Below, one piece after another: positions 1-12,345 of a stretch of 64,000 bases of DNA. The DNA lies in NCBI RefSeq assembly GCF_006345805.1, contig NC_042997.1, forward strand, positions 126,852,001 to 126,916,000, read 5' to 3'. The stretch is from Octopus sinensis (Eukaryota). Below the pieces are notes generated by a model, which searched no databases, had not been told where the DNA came from, and saw only the letters and a list, made by a program, of their open reading frames with translations. How positions within the stretch are numbered: the stretch's first letter is position 1; each line of letters opens with the position of its first letter. A program made the translations under genes and the position numbers.

Positions 1-205
1 TGTGTCTGTGTTTGTCCCCCAACGCCGCTTGACAACCGATGCTGGTGTGTTTACGTCCCCGTAACTTAGCTGTTCGGCAAAAGACCGATAGAATAAGTAC
101 TAGGCTTACAAAGAATAAGTCCAGGGGTCGATTTGCTCGACTAAAGGCGTGTACAGCGTGGCCACAGTCAAATGACTGAAACAAGTAAAAGAGTAAAAGA
201 GTAAA
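1..205 (+). mobile_element. 3' part of CORE-like tRNA SINE (family C)
   Basis: Matches the 3' half of the complete copy at 46770-47236, including the gtaaaagagtaaaagag tail. Confidence 0.85.
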
Positions 206-248
206 TGTGTGTTGTGAACGCTTGGTGGCGAAAGAGTTATTAGTAAGG

Positions 249-445
249 ATTTCAAATTTTGGCACAAGGCCAGCAATTTCGGGAGCTGGAGTAAATCGAT
301 TGCGTTGACCCCAGTTCCCAGCTGGTACTTTATCTATCGACCCCGAGAGGATGAAAGGCAAAGTCGACCTCGAAAGGAATTTGAACTCAGAACGTGAAGG
401 CGGACGAAATACCGGTAAGCATGTTTCCGCCACCTTGCCACCTTG
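249..445 (-). mobile_element. tRNA SINE family M (Meta/MESC-like central domain), diverged
   Basis: Reverse complement of the family core gagttcaaattcc...gcctttcatcct...ggggtcgata...aagtaccag. Confidence 0.8.
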
Positions 446-689
446 AAAGAGTTGTTGATATTGGTCACAGCAAATTTAAGAATATTCACATAATTTGTCC
501 GAATTAAAAGCGGTAGAGAAGCATCCGCTGCCGGGAAATTGACTTCGTATTTTCTTTATATAATTTTAAAATCATTTTATTAAATGCCTTCTTAAATTGA
601 AATGTCTTAGATTTACTTCTGTGCTATTTCCATCTCCATCTATATTTTTACATTTTCTACTTGACCTTTTTTCCATATATATATATATA

Positions 690-2200
690 TATGGAAAAAA
701 AAAGTCAAGATAGCAAATGCTAAAATAATTTTATAAAAAACATTTCAGTACCGTTTTCAGTCATTGAGACTTTTTCAACTGTAAGTATGGAAAACAATTA
801 AATTTTGGAAAAATTAAAAGAAAAGTTTTTCTGAAAGAATATTTGCATAGTATTCAAATACAAGGGGCATTAAAAATTTGGTATATACTCAAAATATTCA
901 AAGAAGTTTATCCTTCTGTTAAAATTTCATTCTTAATAATCTTCTTGATTAACCTAAATTTTAACTTTATACAATAAGACAATATTGTTTGAAATGATCT
1001 TTAGAAATTATTTGATTTATCTCTTTCTTAAATGGCTCTACCCTCCTAATCTTAGTATTTATAAGGCCCTTTATATAAATAACCCTTCTAAACAAGTACC
1101 ACTAAGAAACTATAAATATCATGTAGGGAGTAACAATATTAAATTCTTAAACCTATAATATAACCCTTAGTTTCTAAAAAAAGATTAGTGTAAAATATGA
1201 TTGTTCCATAACTTAAATATTCCTTTAGCCGATACCAGACATCAGTCTTTTATTGACATTAACTAAATAAATAAATATATAATTTTTAGTCTAATATATT
1301 TTGAATTACTATACTTTTTCTCAAAATCTTCTCTATTGGTGTTAATAAGCTACACATACTTTGCCATAGTATTAGTAATTAAGCCATTTTATTTCCTTTT
1401 CTATGGTGTTCTGCTCAACTTGATTATTTTATATTCTTTATCATTTTATAATTAGCCGTTATTTATTTATAAAATTAATCTAATTTTTGTATCTCTATAA
1501 ATTCATATTTAGCTTATATAAAACTATACTGGTATATTCACTACTTATAAAAAAATACTGCTTAGGTTAAAATTCTATTAAATATATAATTAGCATGTTC
1601 CTTTACCCCAATAATCCTTTATTAATACCAGTATATAACAATTAATTAATATTCACAGATACCATCTGATGAGTTAGTATTTAAGTATACAATATGTATA
1701 ATATTAAACTATTTCTGGATAATTTCTTTTCCTCCTTCTATTATGGTAAAGTATTCATAAATTTCTATCCTTTTGTTATAATATTCTTCTTAATAATCCT
1801 TTGGATAACCCTAAACTTTATCTGTATATAATATAGCAACATTGTTTAAAATATTAAGTTTAGTACCACATGATAAGACTTTCCCTGTTTCATTATCAAT
1901 AGTCTGCTAGTGGGCGACCCCTTTAATTATCAGCTAATATCTTGTTTTTAAGTTTTCCCTTACTAAACCTCATGATATTGCTTATAATAAATCTTGATTT
2001 TTTATGACTATACCAACTAGAATGTCTGTCTATTACCTCAGCCCTACTCCTAACAGATACTGCTCTCTGTTCTCTCGGCCTTAGATATACAAGTGATTTG
2101 ATAAACTAGTCTATAAATTAAAACTGACCACATAAAGACAAAAAATCAGTGACAAGCAGTCTTCTTGATAATTTTAGTAACTTTTATGCTGAAGTAGAAA
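690..2200 (-). mobile_element. Heavily degenerate, very AT-rich Penelope-like element remnant
   Basis: Starts at a (TA)n tract; degenerate hammerhead motif at 746-781; minus-strand trace DGI...RIIGVKEH near 1590-1670 resembling a GIY-YIG domain; no open frame. Confidence 0.4.
746..781 (-). ncRNA. Degenerate minimal hammerhead ribozyme motif
   Basis: Minus strand reads cag-TTGAAAA-agtc tcaat gact-GAAA-acgg-TA-ctg; stems I and II intact, core has C>T and G>A changes. Confidence 0.45.
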
Positions 2201-2263
2201 CAACATTACGGAGATGTACTTGCATAGCAAGTGATTTGATCTGAGATCGTGTGCTAAAACGAA

Positions 2264-2327
2264 AACAATTGCAGCGTGGAAGGTGTTTGTAAGTCATTTA
2301 AGAAACACCTTCCACGCTGCAATTGTT
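2264..2327. repeat. 25-bp perfect inverted repeat with 14-nt loop
   Basis: aacaattgcagcgtggaaggtgttt ... aaacaccttccacgctgcaattgtt. Confidence 0.9.
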
Positions 2328-2670
2328 AGAGACAACATGTTCTTTGTCTATCCATAACTTCTTGGAGATTTTAGGTGTAATTAAACTAATGTGTCCATCT
2401 GTTCTAACTTAATTAAATTCTATGTCAAAAGCTGAAGATTGCTCTACATTTTAAATTGATGTAATGATTGAATTGTTCAATTAAATGGAGTTGCATGAAA
2501 CGATCGTACTGCATAACCTCTGGATATCCTTGTTGCTTATTTTAACATATATATATAACGTTTTTATTTCTCTTTCCCTTTCAGAATTACAACTATTAGT
2601 GGTTTGGAGTTTAACTGCTCTTTCTAGTGAGTCAGATGTCCTATTATGGCCATCTCTTATGTGTTTAAAT
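2328..2670 (+). mobile_element. Penelope-like terminal repeat (family H1) with hammerhead motif at about 2430-2510
   Basis: Homologous to 24961-25141; CTGAAGA at 2432, GAAA-CGATCG-TA at 2497-2508; ends in (TA)n. Confidence 0.7.
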
Positions 2671-2680
2671 ATATATATAT

Positions 2681-2740
<60 letters not shown>

Positions 2741-2745
<5 letters not shown>

Positions 2746-2996
2746 TTAACCACTATGTGGATAACTCTAGTGCTAAAAATAGCCCCGATAGTATAGCCAC
2801 AGTATAGTATAGTTGGAAACATCTTTTTCTGTGGCTATACTATCGGGGCTATTTTTAGCACTAGAGTTATCCACATAGTGGTAACTCTCTAATAATTTAT
2901 GTATAAATTTGTATTTTCTCCGTAATTTTTTGTGCTAAGCCACTCGGTGTTAAATTAATGGTATTATTAAATTAATATAAATTTTTCACCCTCATT
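2741..2996. mobile_element. Fold-back element in (TA)n: about 61-bp inverted arms plus one-sided tail of about 105 bp
   Basis: 2741-2802 is the reverse complement of 2829-2889; (TA)n on both sides. Confidence 0.8.
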
Positions 2997-3023
2997 TATA
3001 AATATATATATATATATATATAT

Positions 3024-3133
3024 AGATCCAACCCCACCATTTATTGATCTATATATATATATATAGATCCAACCCCACCATTTATTGATCTATATATATA
3101 TATATATATAGATCCAACCCCACCATTTATTGA

Positions 3134-3136
<3 letters not shown>
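3024..3136. repeat. Three tandem copies of gatccaaccccaccatttattgatc separated by (TA)n
   Basis: Direct reading. Confidence 0.9.
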
Positions 3137-3170
<34 letters not shown>

Positions 3171-3469
3171 GTATGTATGCATGCATGGTGTAAGTAAATA
3201 TATGTGCAGGGGTGATAATACATATGGACACACGTATGTATGACTTTGTGTATATACGTGTATTTGTATGCGTTATATATATGTATATGTGTACGTGTGT
3301 GTGTATGTATGTATTATATATGTATATACATATATGTGTGTAGATAATATATATATATATTATATATATATATATAATTATATATATATATATAATTTAA
3401 TAAATAAAATATACGCATACATACATTTATGTACGTACCTATATCTACATGCATATATACATGCATATA

Positions 3470-3520
<51 letters not shown>

Positions 3521-3603
3521 TATTAATAAATGAAATAAACATATGCATATATATAAACATATATGTACGTACCTACCTCTACATGTACATATACACGCAT
3601 ATA

Positions 3604-4771
3604 TGAGTACAGGACACCAAAAAGACGTCGAACACAATGAGAAACGAAAACATAGACACAAACCAAAGGAACTGGACATTTTTTAAACAACAAAAAAATA
3701 GAGTACAGGACAATTAACACAAAGAAAAAAACCCTTCTTCAGTCGCTATGGTTTCATCTACTCTACCTTTCGGAGGTGAAAGCGAGACGTATCTTCGACA
3801 AGAAACTTTCCTTCCCGTAAAAAGCAAATCAATTAAAATTCTGAGATCTTTTCGCAGAGGGGTAAAAAATGGTAACAAAAACAGGACAGTAACGACAGTA
3901 CAAATTATAAACAGTAAAAGATTGGACAAGGAAAAACAAGATAAGGTGGGCTGTTAACGCCGAACGAAAAAAAGGAATTCCGAACGCGGATTTTTTTATG
4001 AACGACAAGCGGAGCTAAAAGAATTGTCGTCCATACCTTGAGAGGGCCAGGCCAGAAAGACAGCAGCGGAAGTCTCGTCGCGGGTCAACGACGGGAGGGG
4101 AGAGGAGGAGCAAGAGAAAGGGAGAGAAGAAGGGGAATGGCTGCGAGGAAACCATGAAGAATGAAGAGGGGGAGAGAGAGAGTGAAGAATGAGAGAGAGG
4201 AAGAGACAAGTTAAGTAGAGGAAAAGGAAATCAAAGAATGAAGGCTGAGAAAGGGATGGGACAGAAAGGTTAAGAGTGCGCATCAAAGTTAATATCAAGA
4301 ACAAAACTTGATATAAAGAACAATCTTACTTAAAAGGGATGCGTGCGTTTCGTCATATAATATATTAATAATAAAATAATATATATATATATAATCTATA
4401 TATATATATATATATTTTATTTATTATATATAAATAAATATATATATAAATGAGTACAGGACACCACAAATAGATGTGAAACTCAACGAGAAACGAAAAC
4501 ATAAAAACAAACCTTTCCTTGTTTTTACCCCTCTGAAAAGGAATTTTATTTAATTCTTTTGCAGGAAGAATTAGTTCGACGGGTCGTGTTCTGTCCTTAC
4601 CTTCGAAACACGCATGGAGTCGAACCAAGGACAGCTGATGAAGGGGAATATTCCTTGTATTGTTTGTCTTGTACTCTGTTTTTTCGTTGTTAAAAAAAGT
4701 CCGTTTCCATGTTTGTTTTTATGTTTTCGTTTCTCGTTGAGTTCTACGTCTATTTGTGGTGTCCTGTACTC

Positions 4772-4836
<65 letters not shown>

Positions 4837-4962
4837 TGTATATATACATGTAGATGTAGGTACGTACATATATGTATGTATGCATATATTTTATTTATTA
4901 AACTATTGTTTGACTGAGCGCCTTCGCGTCGTTTCGGTTCTTTTCTTTTCTCCAAGTAAGTT

Positions 4963-5059
<97 letters not shown>

Positions 5060-5263
5060 TTCGAGACAAAACCACTATTTTGCAAAACAAACAGGAAAGA
5101 CTTAATCATACATAAAAATTTTTATGTATTGATTAAGTCTTTCCTTGTTTGTTTTGCAAATAGTGGTTTTGTCTCGAATTAATATTATATAATATTTTAC
5201 TATAAAATTGGATTTAATCCTAAATCTGATTTTTTCCCTGTAAATTTGGATTTATTCCCTAAT

Positions 5264-5328
<65 letters not shown>

Positions 5329-5495
5329 TAAATAAATAAAATATATGCATATATACATACATATATGTACGTACCTACCTCTACATGTATATATACATGC
5401 ATATATGGGTACAGGACACCAAAAAAACGTCGAACACAATGAGAAACGAAAACATAAACACAAAACCAAGGAAATAGACATTTTTTTAAAACAAC
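3604..5495. mobile_element. Cluster of direct and inverted copies of a Penelope-like terminus (gagtacaggacacca...gagaaacgaaaacata)
   Basis: Copies near 3604 (+), 4451 (+), 4655-4773 (-) and 5406 (+), all next to (TA)n; Penelope assignment inferred from architecture. Confidence 0.6.
5046..5265. mobile_element. Loop-less palindrome (about 70-bp arms, centre 5118/5119) plus one-sided tail, in (TA)n
   Basis: attaattcgagacaaaaccacta...cataaaaa|tttttatg...tagtggttttgtctcgaattaat. Confidence 0.85.
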
Positions 5496-5914
5496 ACGCA
5501 TACCTGTCTCTGTGTGTGTATGTGTGTGCGTGTGTCTAGGTATACACCTGCATACATTTATGCGTGTGTGAGTCAGCATGCATGCATTTATGTATGCAAG
5601 AATTTATATATACAAAAATAGATACAAATGAGCGTGTATATGCGTGAAAGCGTGTAACATACTAGAGTTTGTATGCGTATATATGTGTTGACGTATGTAC
5701 ATATCTATATACATGTGTAGACACGTATGTGTGTATACATCTTCACAGATACATATTCTTTATTTCGTCTACTACTCACCACTAACCTGTTCTTTAAGTA
5801 ACTTGACTTATATTCTTCAGTCTTCATTCCACCTCAATTTTAATACCCTTACCCTCCCTCTACACTTTCTAGGCCTATCCCTTAAGCTCTGTCACAGCAT
5901 ACTCTCTTTTTCTG

Positions 5915-6035
5915 TTTACCCTCTCATCTCTTTACCCTCTCATCTCTTTACTCTCTCATCTCTTTACCCTCTCATCTCTTTACCCTCTCATCTCTTTATC
6001 CTCTCATCTCTTTATTCTCTCATCTCTTACTCTCT
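5915..6035. repeat. Minisatellite of about 16 bp (ctctcatctctttacc), roughly 7 copies
   Basis: Direct reading. Confidence 0.85.
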
Positions 6036-6426
6036 CTCCCCCTCACCTCTCCATTCCGTCAATCATTTTATCCTGACCATAAGCTAACACACCTCTTTCT
6101 TCATTTGTTTATCATCTCTCTCCCCCTTTTTTCTCCGGTTTTTGATTTGCCCTTAGAAACACATTCCCAACTTTTAAGTCACTTAAAAAAAAACCTCGAT
6201 CGAATAACACCGTTTACAAGACTCTATGCTTGGGATGACCAATTATAAACACCATTGGAACTCACACAGAACGTATAGGAAACTTATATATACACCATTC
6301 TGCTTAAATAATGGAACTGCAAATACAATATCCTTACGTATCTCACGTCTGTTTTCATTCCTCCACTTCACTCTGTATTTCATATCTTCGCTATAATAAC
6401 TATTACTTAAACATTTTCTCGCACCA

Positions 6427-6472
6427 TCTCTAATGAAGCGATATAGAAAATATCCCAGAAACAGCTGTAAGA
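6427..6472 (+). ncRNA. Minimal hammerhead-like motif with one core mismatch
   Basis: tct-CTAATGA-a-gcgatat agaaa atatccc-a-GAAA-cagctg-TA-aga; palindromic stem III acagctgt. Confidence 0.55.
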
Positions 6473-7659
6473 CCTTCGCTTTATAAATGTTCTGAAAACT
6501 ATTCACAGCCTTGGATTTTTTTATCTCATTCTGTTAATTTATATGTGTGTGTGTGTTTGTGCGTGTGTAAGTATTTATGTATGTATGTAAGCATTGTATG
6601 TATGTATGTATGTATGTATGTATGTATGTATGTATGTATGTATGTATGTATGTGCGTGTGGGTGTTAAAAAACTATCTTGTTTATATAGATTATCGCCAG
6701 CATCCATGAGTGTGGAATACTATCCAATTTCTTTCGGTAATCAATCCAAGCCATGCTAAGTTTTGTTTTCTTCCCTCTCACTGTCGTCTCTGATAGCTCA
6801 GTTCTTCAGCAGTTATTCTTTAACCCTTCCTGGTACCATGTTTGGTTATGTATTATTGTACTCCAGAAGTGTAACCAATTTGTTGTGCTACATAGATACA
6901 TACATTCATATATATATATATACCTGCTTACACATACACACACGCGCGTGTGCTTGTATGTGTAAGCATGTATGTATATGAATGTGAGGACTCAACATAA
7001 AGCTTAAACAATTATCAATAAGAGTGTGCAGGATGAAATTCTTTTAAAAAGACGAACGCTTCTTCCCCGAGAACAAGGTATTGGAATCAATCACTAAAAG
7101 ATTCTACGTTAACAAAGGAATTAGCAAAAGAAACATAACGCCGGAAGATGTGCCTATATCAATGGAAATCCAAGCACGTTGAAAGGGAAAAATGAAACCA
7201 AAACATTTAATGGAACAAAAGATCGCAAGGGATCAAAGAGAAAGAAAACGTATATAACACGGCAACCACAGCCCATCTTAGCGGGCACGGAACTATCAAC
7301 ACAATAACAGCTGCAAGATGTTTGAAAGCCTAAACACTAAACCGCTATCAACGAGTAGCAGCATTCAATGAAGTGACAAGCAGGCTAGTATTAACACTTG
7401 CTTCGATGGTAGAGGGGAAAATCATACTTATATTCCAAAATATAAATACCGAAGTGTCTAAAAGGTATAGACTTTTAAACTACTTGGGAACACAATATAG
7501 AGCCTCTTTCATCTATGTAATACAACAAACTAGTTACACTTCTGGAGTAGAATGTTGGCATCCTTTTGTCTCAGGAGACAATGCGCATAAACTAATCAAG
7601 TCTGGTTTTTACATTTCATGTCCTCTCCAGTTTCCTCTCCAGTTTTGCGTAGGCCTGGG

Positions 7660-7945
7660 CTAGATGTAAGAAAATCCTGGGTAGCCCAATAGTCAGGATT
7701 CCTCTCTCGACCTTACTGACGTAGTAGTCCAAAGGAGTGCAGAGCATTGCGTTTGGCACCAGCTTGGTTGCAGGAGCTGCCGGAAGAGTGTTGAGACGAA
7801 CAATAAACCGCCTACAGCGCTCCACTCCGGATATCTTTGAAGGTTGTCTCCTTTCCGTAACCCTGGATGGAGGCCTATACCGGGTACTGTCAGCCGGAGC
7901 CAGCTGAGCCCGGGACTCGTGTCAGGCAAGGTCGTCACACACTGA
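7660..7945 (-). mobile_element. GC-rich insert resembling an RTE-clade LINE 5' UTR
   Basis: Contains ccggcagctcctgcaaccaagctggtgccaaacgc, recalled as similar to RTE/BovB 5' regions; needs a database check. Confidence 0.4.
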
Positions 7946-9002
7946 AATAGTGAAGAAAATCGCTACCCACTACCTAGTGGAGTACAATAATACATAACCA
8001 AATATGGTACCAGGAAGGGTGTAAAGACGACAGTTAGAGTAAAGAAAATAAAACTTAGCATGGCTTGGATTGATTACCGAAAGGAATTGGATAGCATTCC
8101 ATACTCATGGATGCTGACGATAATCTATATAAAGATGACAGTTTTAACATTAATGAAATTCGTCAGGCATGTCATGATGACATAGAAACGCCGTTTCAAG
8201 GCAAAGGCGATGCGATTAAAAATCATCCGTCTACACATAATAAGAAGACTCTTCTACGGGTGCTCCCTATCCTCTCCTACGCTTTTGCGTAGCACTAACC
8301 CCCTTAGAAGAATTGCTGAACGAAACTAACATGTGGTATAGATGATAAAGAAGCTTTCAACCGTCTCCTTTACATGAGTAACTTAAAGATATTTACAAAG
8401 GATAGTATCAAGATGTAAAGCCTGTTAAAAATTGTGCTCGAATTCAACCGAAAGGTAAGCATGAATATGGTATTAGACAAATCCCCATGCCCGCTATAGT
8501 GAGAAGTAAATCAATTAGAAATGAGAATATTAAATCAGACCGAAGAGATCAAAATCGGAGAATTAGATCAAAATTTGTCATACAAATAGTTAAAACTCTT
8601 CGAATTTGATAGAATAGAACGGAAATGAAGGGGAAAATTATCAGCGACTAACTCAATTACCAGTTAGATTTTCGAGATAAACAAACTAGCAACTAAATGA
8701 ATAGCAAAGCTTGCACAGAAAAAACAGGAAATAAGCGATAGCGCTCCGAAGTCACAATCTCAAAGCTGATAGCAATAGACGGCACCTACATTACACACAA
8801 AAAAGAGCAGATCCGATGCGCATAGAAAATAACTACAACATAACAATAGTATGATTAGAACGATAATGCACAAGGTAAAAAGTGATATCCATAAGAAAAG
8901 GAATCTTTCAAGGAGATTCATTACCCTTCTTTATTCTTTTGAGCAACGCTGATTCCATTAATAAAACTGTTGAAAAAAAAAAGAAAGAAAGAAAAGCAAA
9001 CT

Positions 9003-9375
9003 TTATATTGTTTGATTTTCAAACAGATATTCACGTCAGCAGGGCAGCTGATCTCTTCGACAGTACATTCTTCTTCCCTTCTCCAAAGAACAATATCTGA
9101 CTCGTTACGTTTACACTTGATAGGTGTTTTCATGGGAATGTTCCACCAATATTCCTTGTGTTGGTGTTTATGTACGTGTTCAGTAACAGAGAGTCTTTGT
9201 TTTGCAAATGGCACTGTGTATTTTTTTTTTTTGTTTTTTGGATAAGGTCGTGTAGCATAGGGACGTAGTTCGTTGATGACATTTTTGAATAGCTACAAAT
9301 CACATATGAGATGTCGCCCACAGAAATCGACCAATTTAAGGAAACGACGAAGTGCTGAAAAGAAACCAACTACAC
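9003..9375 (-). mobile_element. Opposite-strand fragment of a second RLE-LINE endonuclease region
   Basis: ORF 8921-9214 EYWWNIPMKTPIKCKRNESDIVLW...EISCPADVNI (PD..D/ExK-type endonuclease region). Confidence 0.7.
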
Positions 9376-9380
9376 TGTAA

Positions 9381-9612
9381 GGCGGCGAGCTAGCAGAAAC
9401 GTTAGCACGCCGGGTGAAATGCTTAGCAGTATTTTGTCTGCTGCTACGTTCTGAGTTCAAATTCCGCCGAGGTCGACTTTACCTTTTATCCTTTCGGGGT
9501 CGATTAAATAAGTACCAGTTACGCACTGGGGTTGATGTAATCGACTTAATCCGTTTATCTGCCCTTGTTTGTCCCCTCTGTGTTTAGCCCCTTGTGGGCA
9601 ATAAAGAAATAA
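9381..9612 (+). mobile_element. SINE family M, full length
   Basis: ggcggcgagctagcagaa head, B box gagttcaaattcc, core, aaagaaataa tail; degenerate TSD aactacactg/aactacattg. Confidence 0.9.
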
Positions 9613-10553
9613 GATACTAACTACATTGAAGTAATATATTTAGACAAGAACAAAATAACTGGAAGGTTAGAAAAACAAAACAAAATCAGAATGGATTTCA
9701 AGAATATATTTAAGGAAACACGGAGAAGAACTAGTGCATGGCTCGATGCCAGAGTTATTACCGACAATGATTTAAATCTTTGGGTAAAACCATAAACAGA
9801 AGTTCGAAGGTCTGATTCTAAAGGTACGGGACCAATACTTAATCACAAACAACTACAATAATAAAATACAGGAAGATGCTAACATCAAATGCAGAGTGTA
9901 GGTAGTGCAGTGAGAGAGTTGATCAAATTATCTCTGGTTGCCTTGTCATTGGCTTGGCCGAATATGGACGGAGACACGATTGAGTACGTAGGAATGTAGA
10001 CTGGGCAATATGCCAATACTTAGATGCGAAAACAGTCAAGAAATGGCATAAAATAATTATCATAGAACACTACACAACAACGACTTAGCCACAATCATAT
10101 GGGGGAAAAAAAACTATCAAAACTGACAAGGGGATCAAGGCGGATATAATAACAATCAAAAAGTGGAGAAAAACACACGCTCACTGACAGACATCAATAT
10201 CTCCTCTGATGAGAAAGAAGAAAAAAACATTGCACGGAATAAATTTGAGAAACTGTCCAAATAGAAGGATTTTGAAATTGAAATAAACAGGATATAGGAT
10301 AGCCAGCGAAGGATTATAAATGCTAGGAGTATGTGGTTTCATTTGTTTAGAATTGTTATTGATACATAATTTTCAGTAATTGATCAATTTACATTATTTA
10401 ACTTACGGTGGAGTTTTTCACGCTACACCATCATAAAACAAAAACCCTTAATTGCATTCTAAAATATCCCCTATAACAAACAAGCTGTTTATTTCTGTCT
10501 CTTTCTCTCTTACTCTCACGTCGTCAGTTTGTATATCACTCTGTTCATCTCTT

Positions 10554-10596
<43 letters not shown>

Positions 10597-10955
10597 AACA
10601 ATCTCATTTCCTCACTTTGTCAGTTTGTATATCTCTCTATCCGTCTTTGTCTCTCTCACTGTCTTTCCACACACGCGTGCACAGACAGATACACACACAT
10701 ACACACACAAATAAATGATTTGGGAATAGGAGTCACATAATCAACTTTATTAGCTTACAGCTGTTTCTACTATAAAAAAAAACAGCGCACTCAGAGCCGA
10801 GTGCTTGAGGAACATCATACAGCTTCACGTGATTCCTGTTCCTTTGTCATTTATCAATTAGTTTTGTGATCTGTACTCACCTGTCATTTTACTCCAAAGA
10901 AAATGTATATTGTTCTAACAGCTGGTTATCTGTATCGCTATACCTAGGTAAAATC

Positions 10956-10987
<32 letters not shown>

Positions 10988-10999
10988 CATCACCACCAC

Positions 11000-11038
<39 letters not shown>

Positions 11039-11259
11039 GTATATGTGTGCGTATGTGCGTGTGTATATATGTTATGTATGCATTTATGTATGTCTGTAAG
11101 GAGGTAACACACACACATGTATACGTATATATATATATGTATGTATCTATATGTGTATGTATGTGTATGTATGTATATGTGAGTATGAATGTATATGTGT
11201 ATGTATGTATGTAAGGAGGTATACACTTAGACACGCACAAACACACACATGTATGCGTG

Positions 11260-11293
<34 letters not shown>

Positions 11294-11297
<4 letters not shown>

Positions 11298-11948
11298 ATA
11301 AAAGGGCTTAGTAAAATAAATTACTTTGCCGCATACTGAACTCATTAGAAATAGCAGCTAAAAAACTTTTTTAAAGCTATTTCTAATACTTAAAGAAAAT
11401 CTCTCTCATATATAGTGTTTGCTTATTTCAACTCACAAAAGTTTGGGGGTAAGGACATCGAAAAATCAAATGCTAAGGTTTCGAGAACGTACGTTTCAAG
11501 ATTAGTCAAAACAACATTTCTATCACGGCTCAGAAATTCCTTGGTTTGGATTTGGAAACACTGAAAATAAGAATGTTCTTATTTTCAGTGTTTCCAAATC
11601 CAAACCAAGGAATTTCTGAGCCGATGATAGAAATGTTGTTTTGACAATCTTGAAACGTACGTTCTCGAATAACCTTAGCATTTGATTTTTCGATGTCCTT
11701 ACCCCCAAACTTTTGTGAGTTGAATTAAGCAAACACTATATATGAGAGAGATTTTCTTTAAGTATTAGAAATACTTTAAAAAAGTTTTTAGCTGCTATTT
11801 CAATGAGTTCAGTATGCGGCAAAGTAATTTATTTTACTAAGCCCTTTTATATAATGTATAATTGAATTCGCCTTGAATGGTCCCTTGCATACTGAACACT
11901 TGTGAAATTGATTATAATTAATTAATTTTGCCCTCAATTGTTGAAATT
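11294..11948. mobile_element. Near-perfect palindrome (about 280-bp arms, centre 11574-11575) plus tail of about 95 bp, in (TA)n
   Basis: 11294-11573 is the reverse complement of 11576-11854 with few indels; degenerate hammerhead CCGATGA...GAAA-cgtacg-TT at 11614-11669. Confidence 0.85.
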
Positions 11949-12166
11949 ATATATATATGTATCGATGTATGTATGTATATATGTATGTGTATGTATGTAT
12001 ATGTGTGTATGTATGTATATGTGTATCTATGTATGTATATGTGTGCATATGTGCGTGTGTATATATGTTATGTATGCATTTATTTATGCATGTATGTAAG
12101 GAGGTATACACTTAGACGCACACAAACACACACACACATGTATGCGTGTATATATATATACATATA

Positions 12167-12345
12167 GGGAGAGTTTACGAAAAAAAAACAAAAGACGAAG
12201 ACAGGTGGTGTACAAAACAAACAGATGTATTAGTATAACGCTCGGGAATAGAAAAAGTCTTTTACGTTTCGAGCCTACGCTCTTCTACAGAAAGGGACAC
12301 AGAAAAAACAAGGAGAGAAAAAGATGTGTGTAGTGGCTAACGGCA
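12167..12345 (-). mobile_element. Penelope-like terminal repeat (family H2) with hammerhead variant at 12258-12294
   Basis: Homologous to 61965-62160; abuts (TA)n. Confidence 0.7.

Larger units (their letters stand above)
7000..10330 (+). mobile_element. Degenerate R4/Dong-clade LINE (RT, zinc knuckle, restriction-like endonuclease)
   Basis: NLSMAWIDYRK near 8052, IRKGIFQGDSL near 8890, KCRV...IISGC near 9887-9945, EKLSK..DFEIEINRI near 10247; many stops and frameshifts. Confidence 0.8.

Noticed and set aside
3024-3136. CRISPR-like repeat-spacer appearance
   Set aside because: Spacers are only (TA)n, the context is eukaryotic and there are no cas genes
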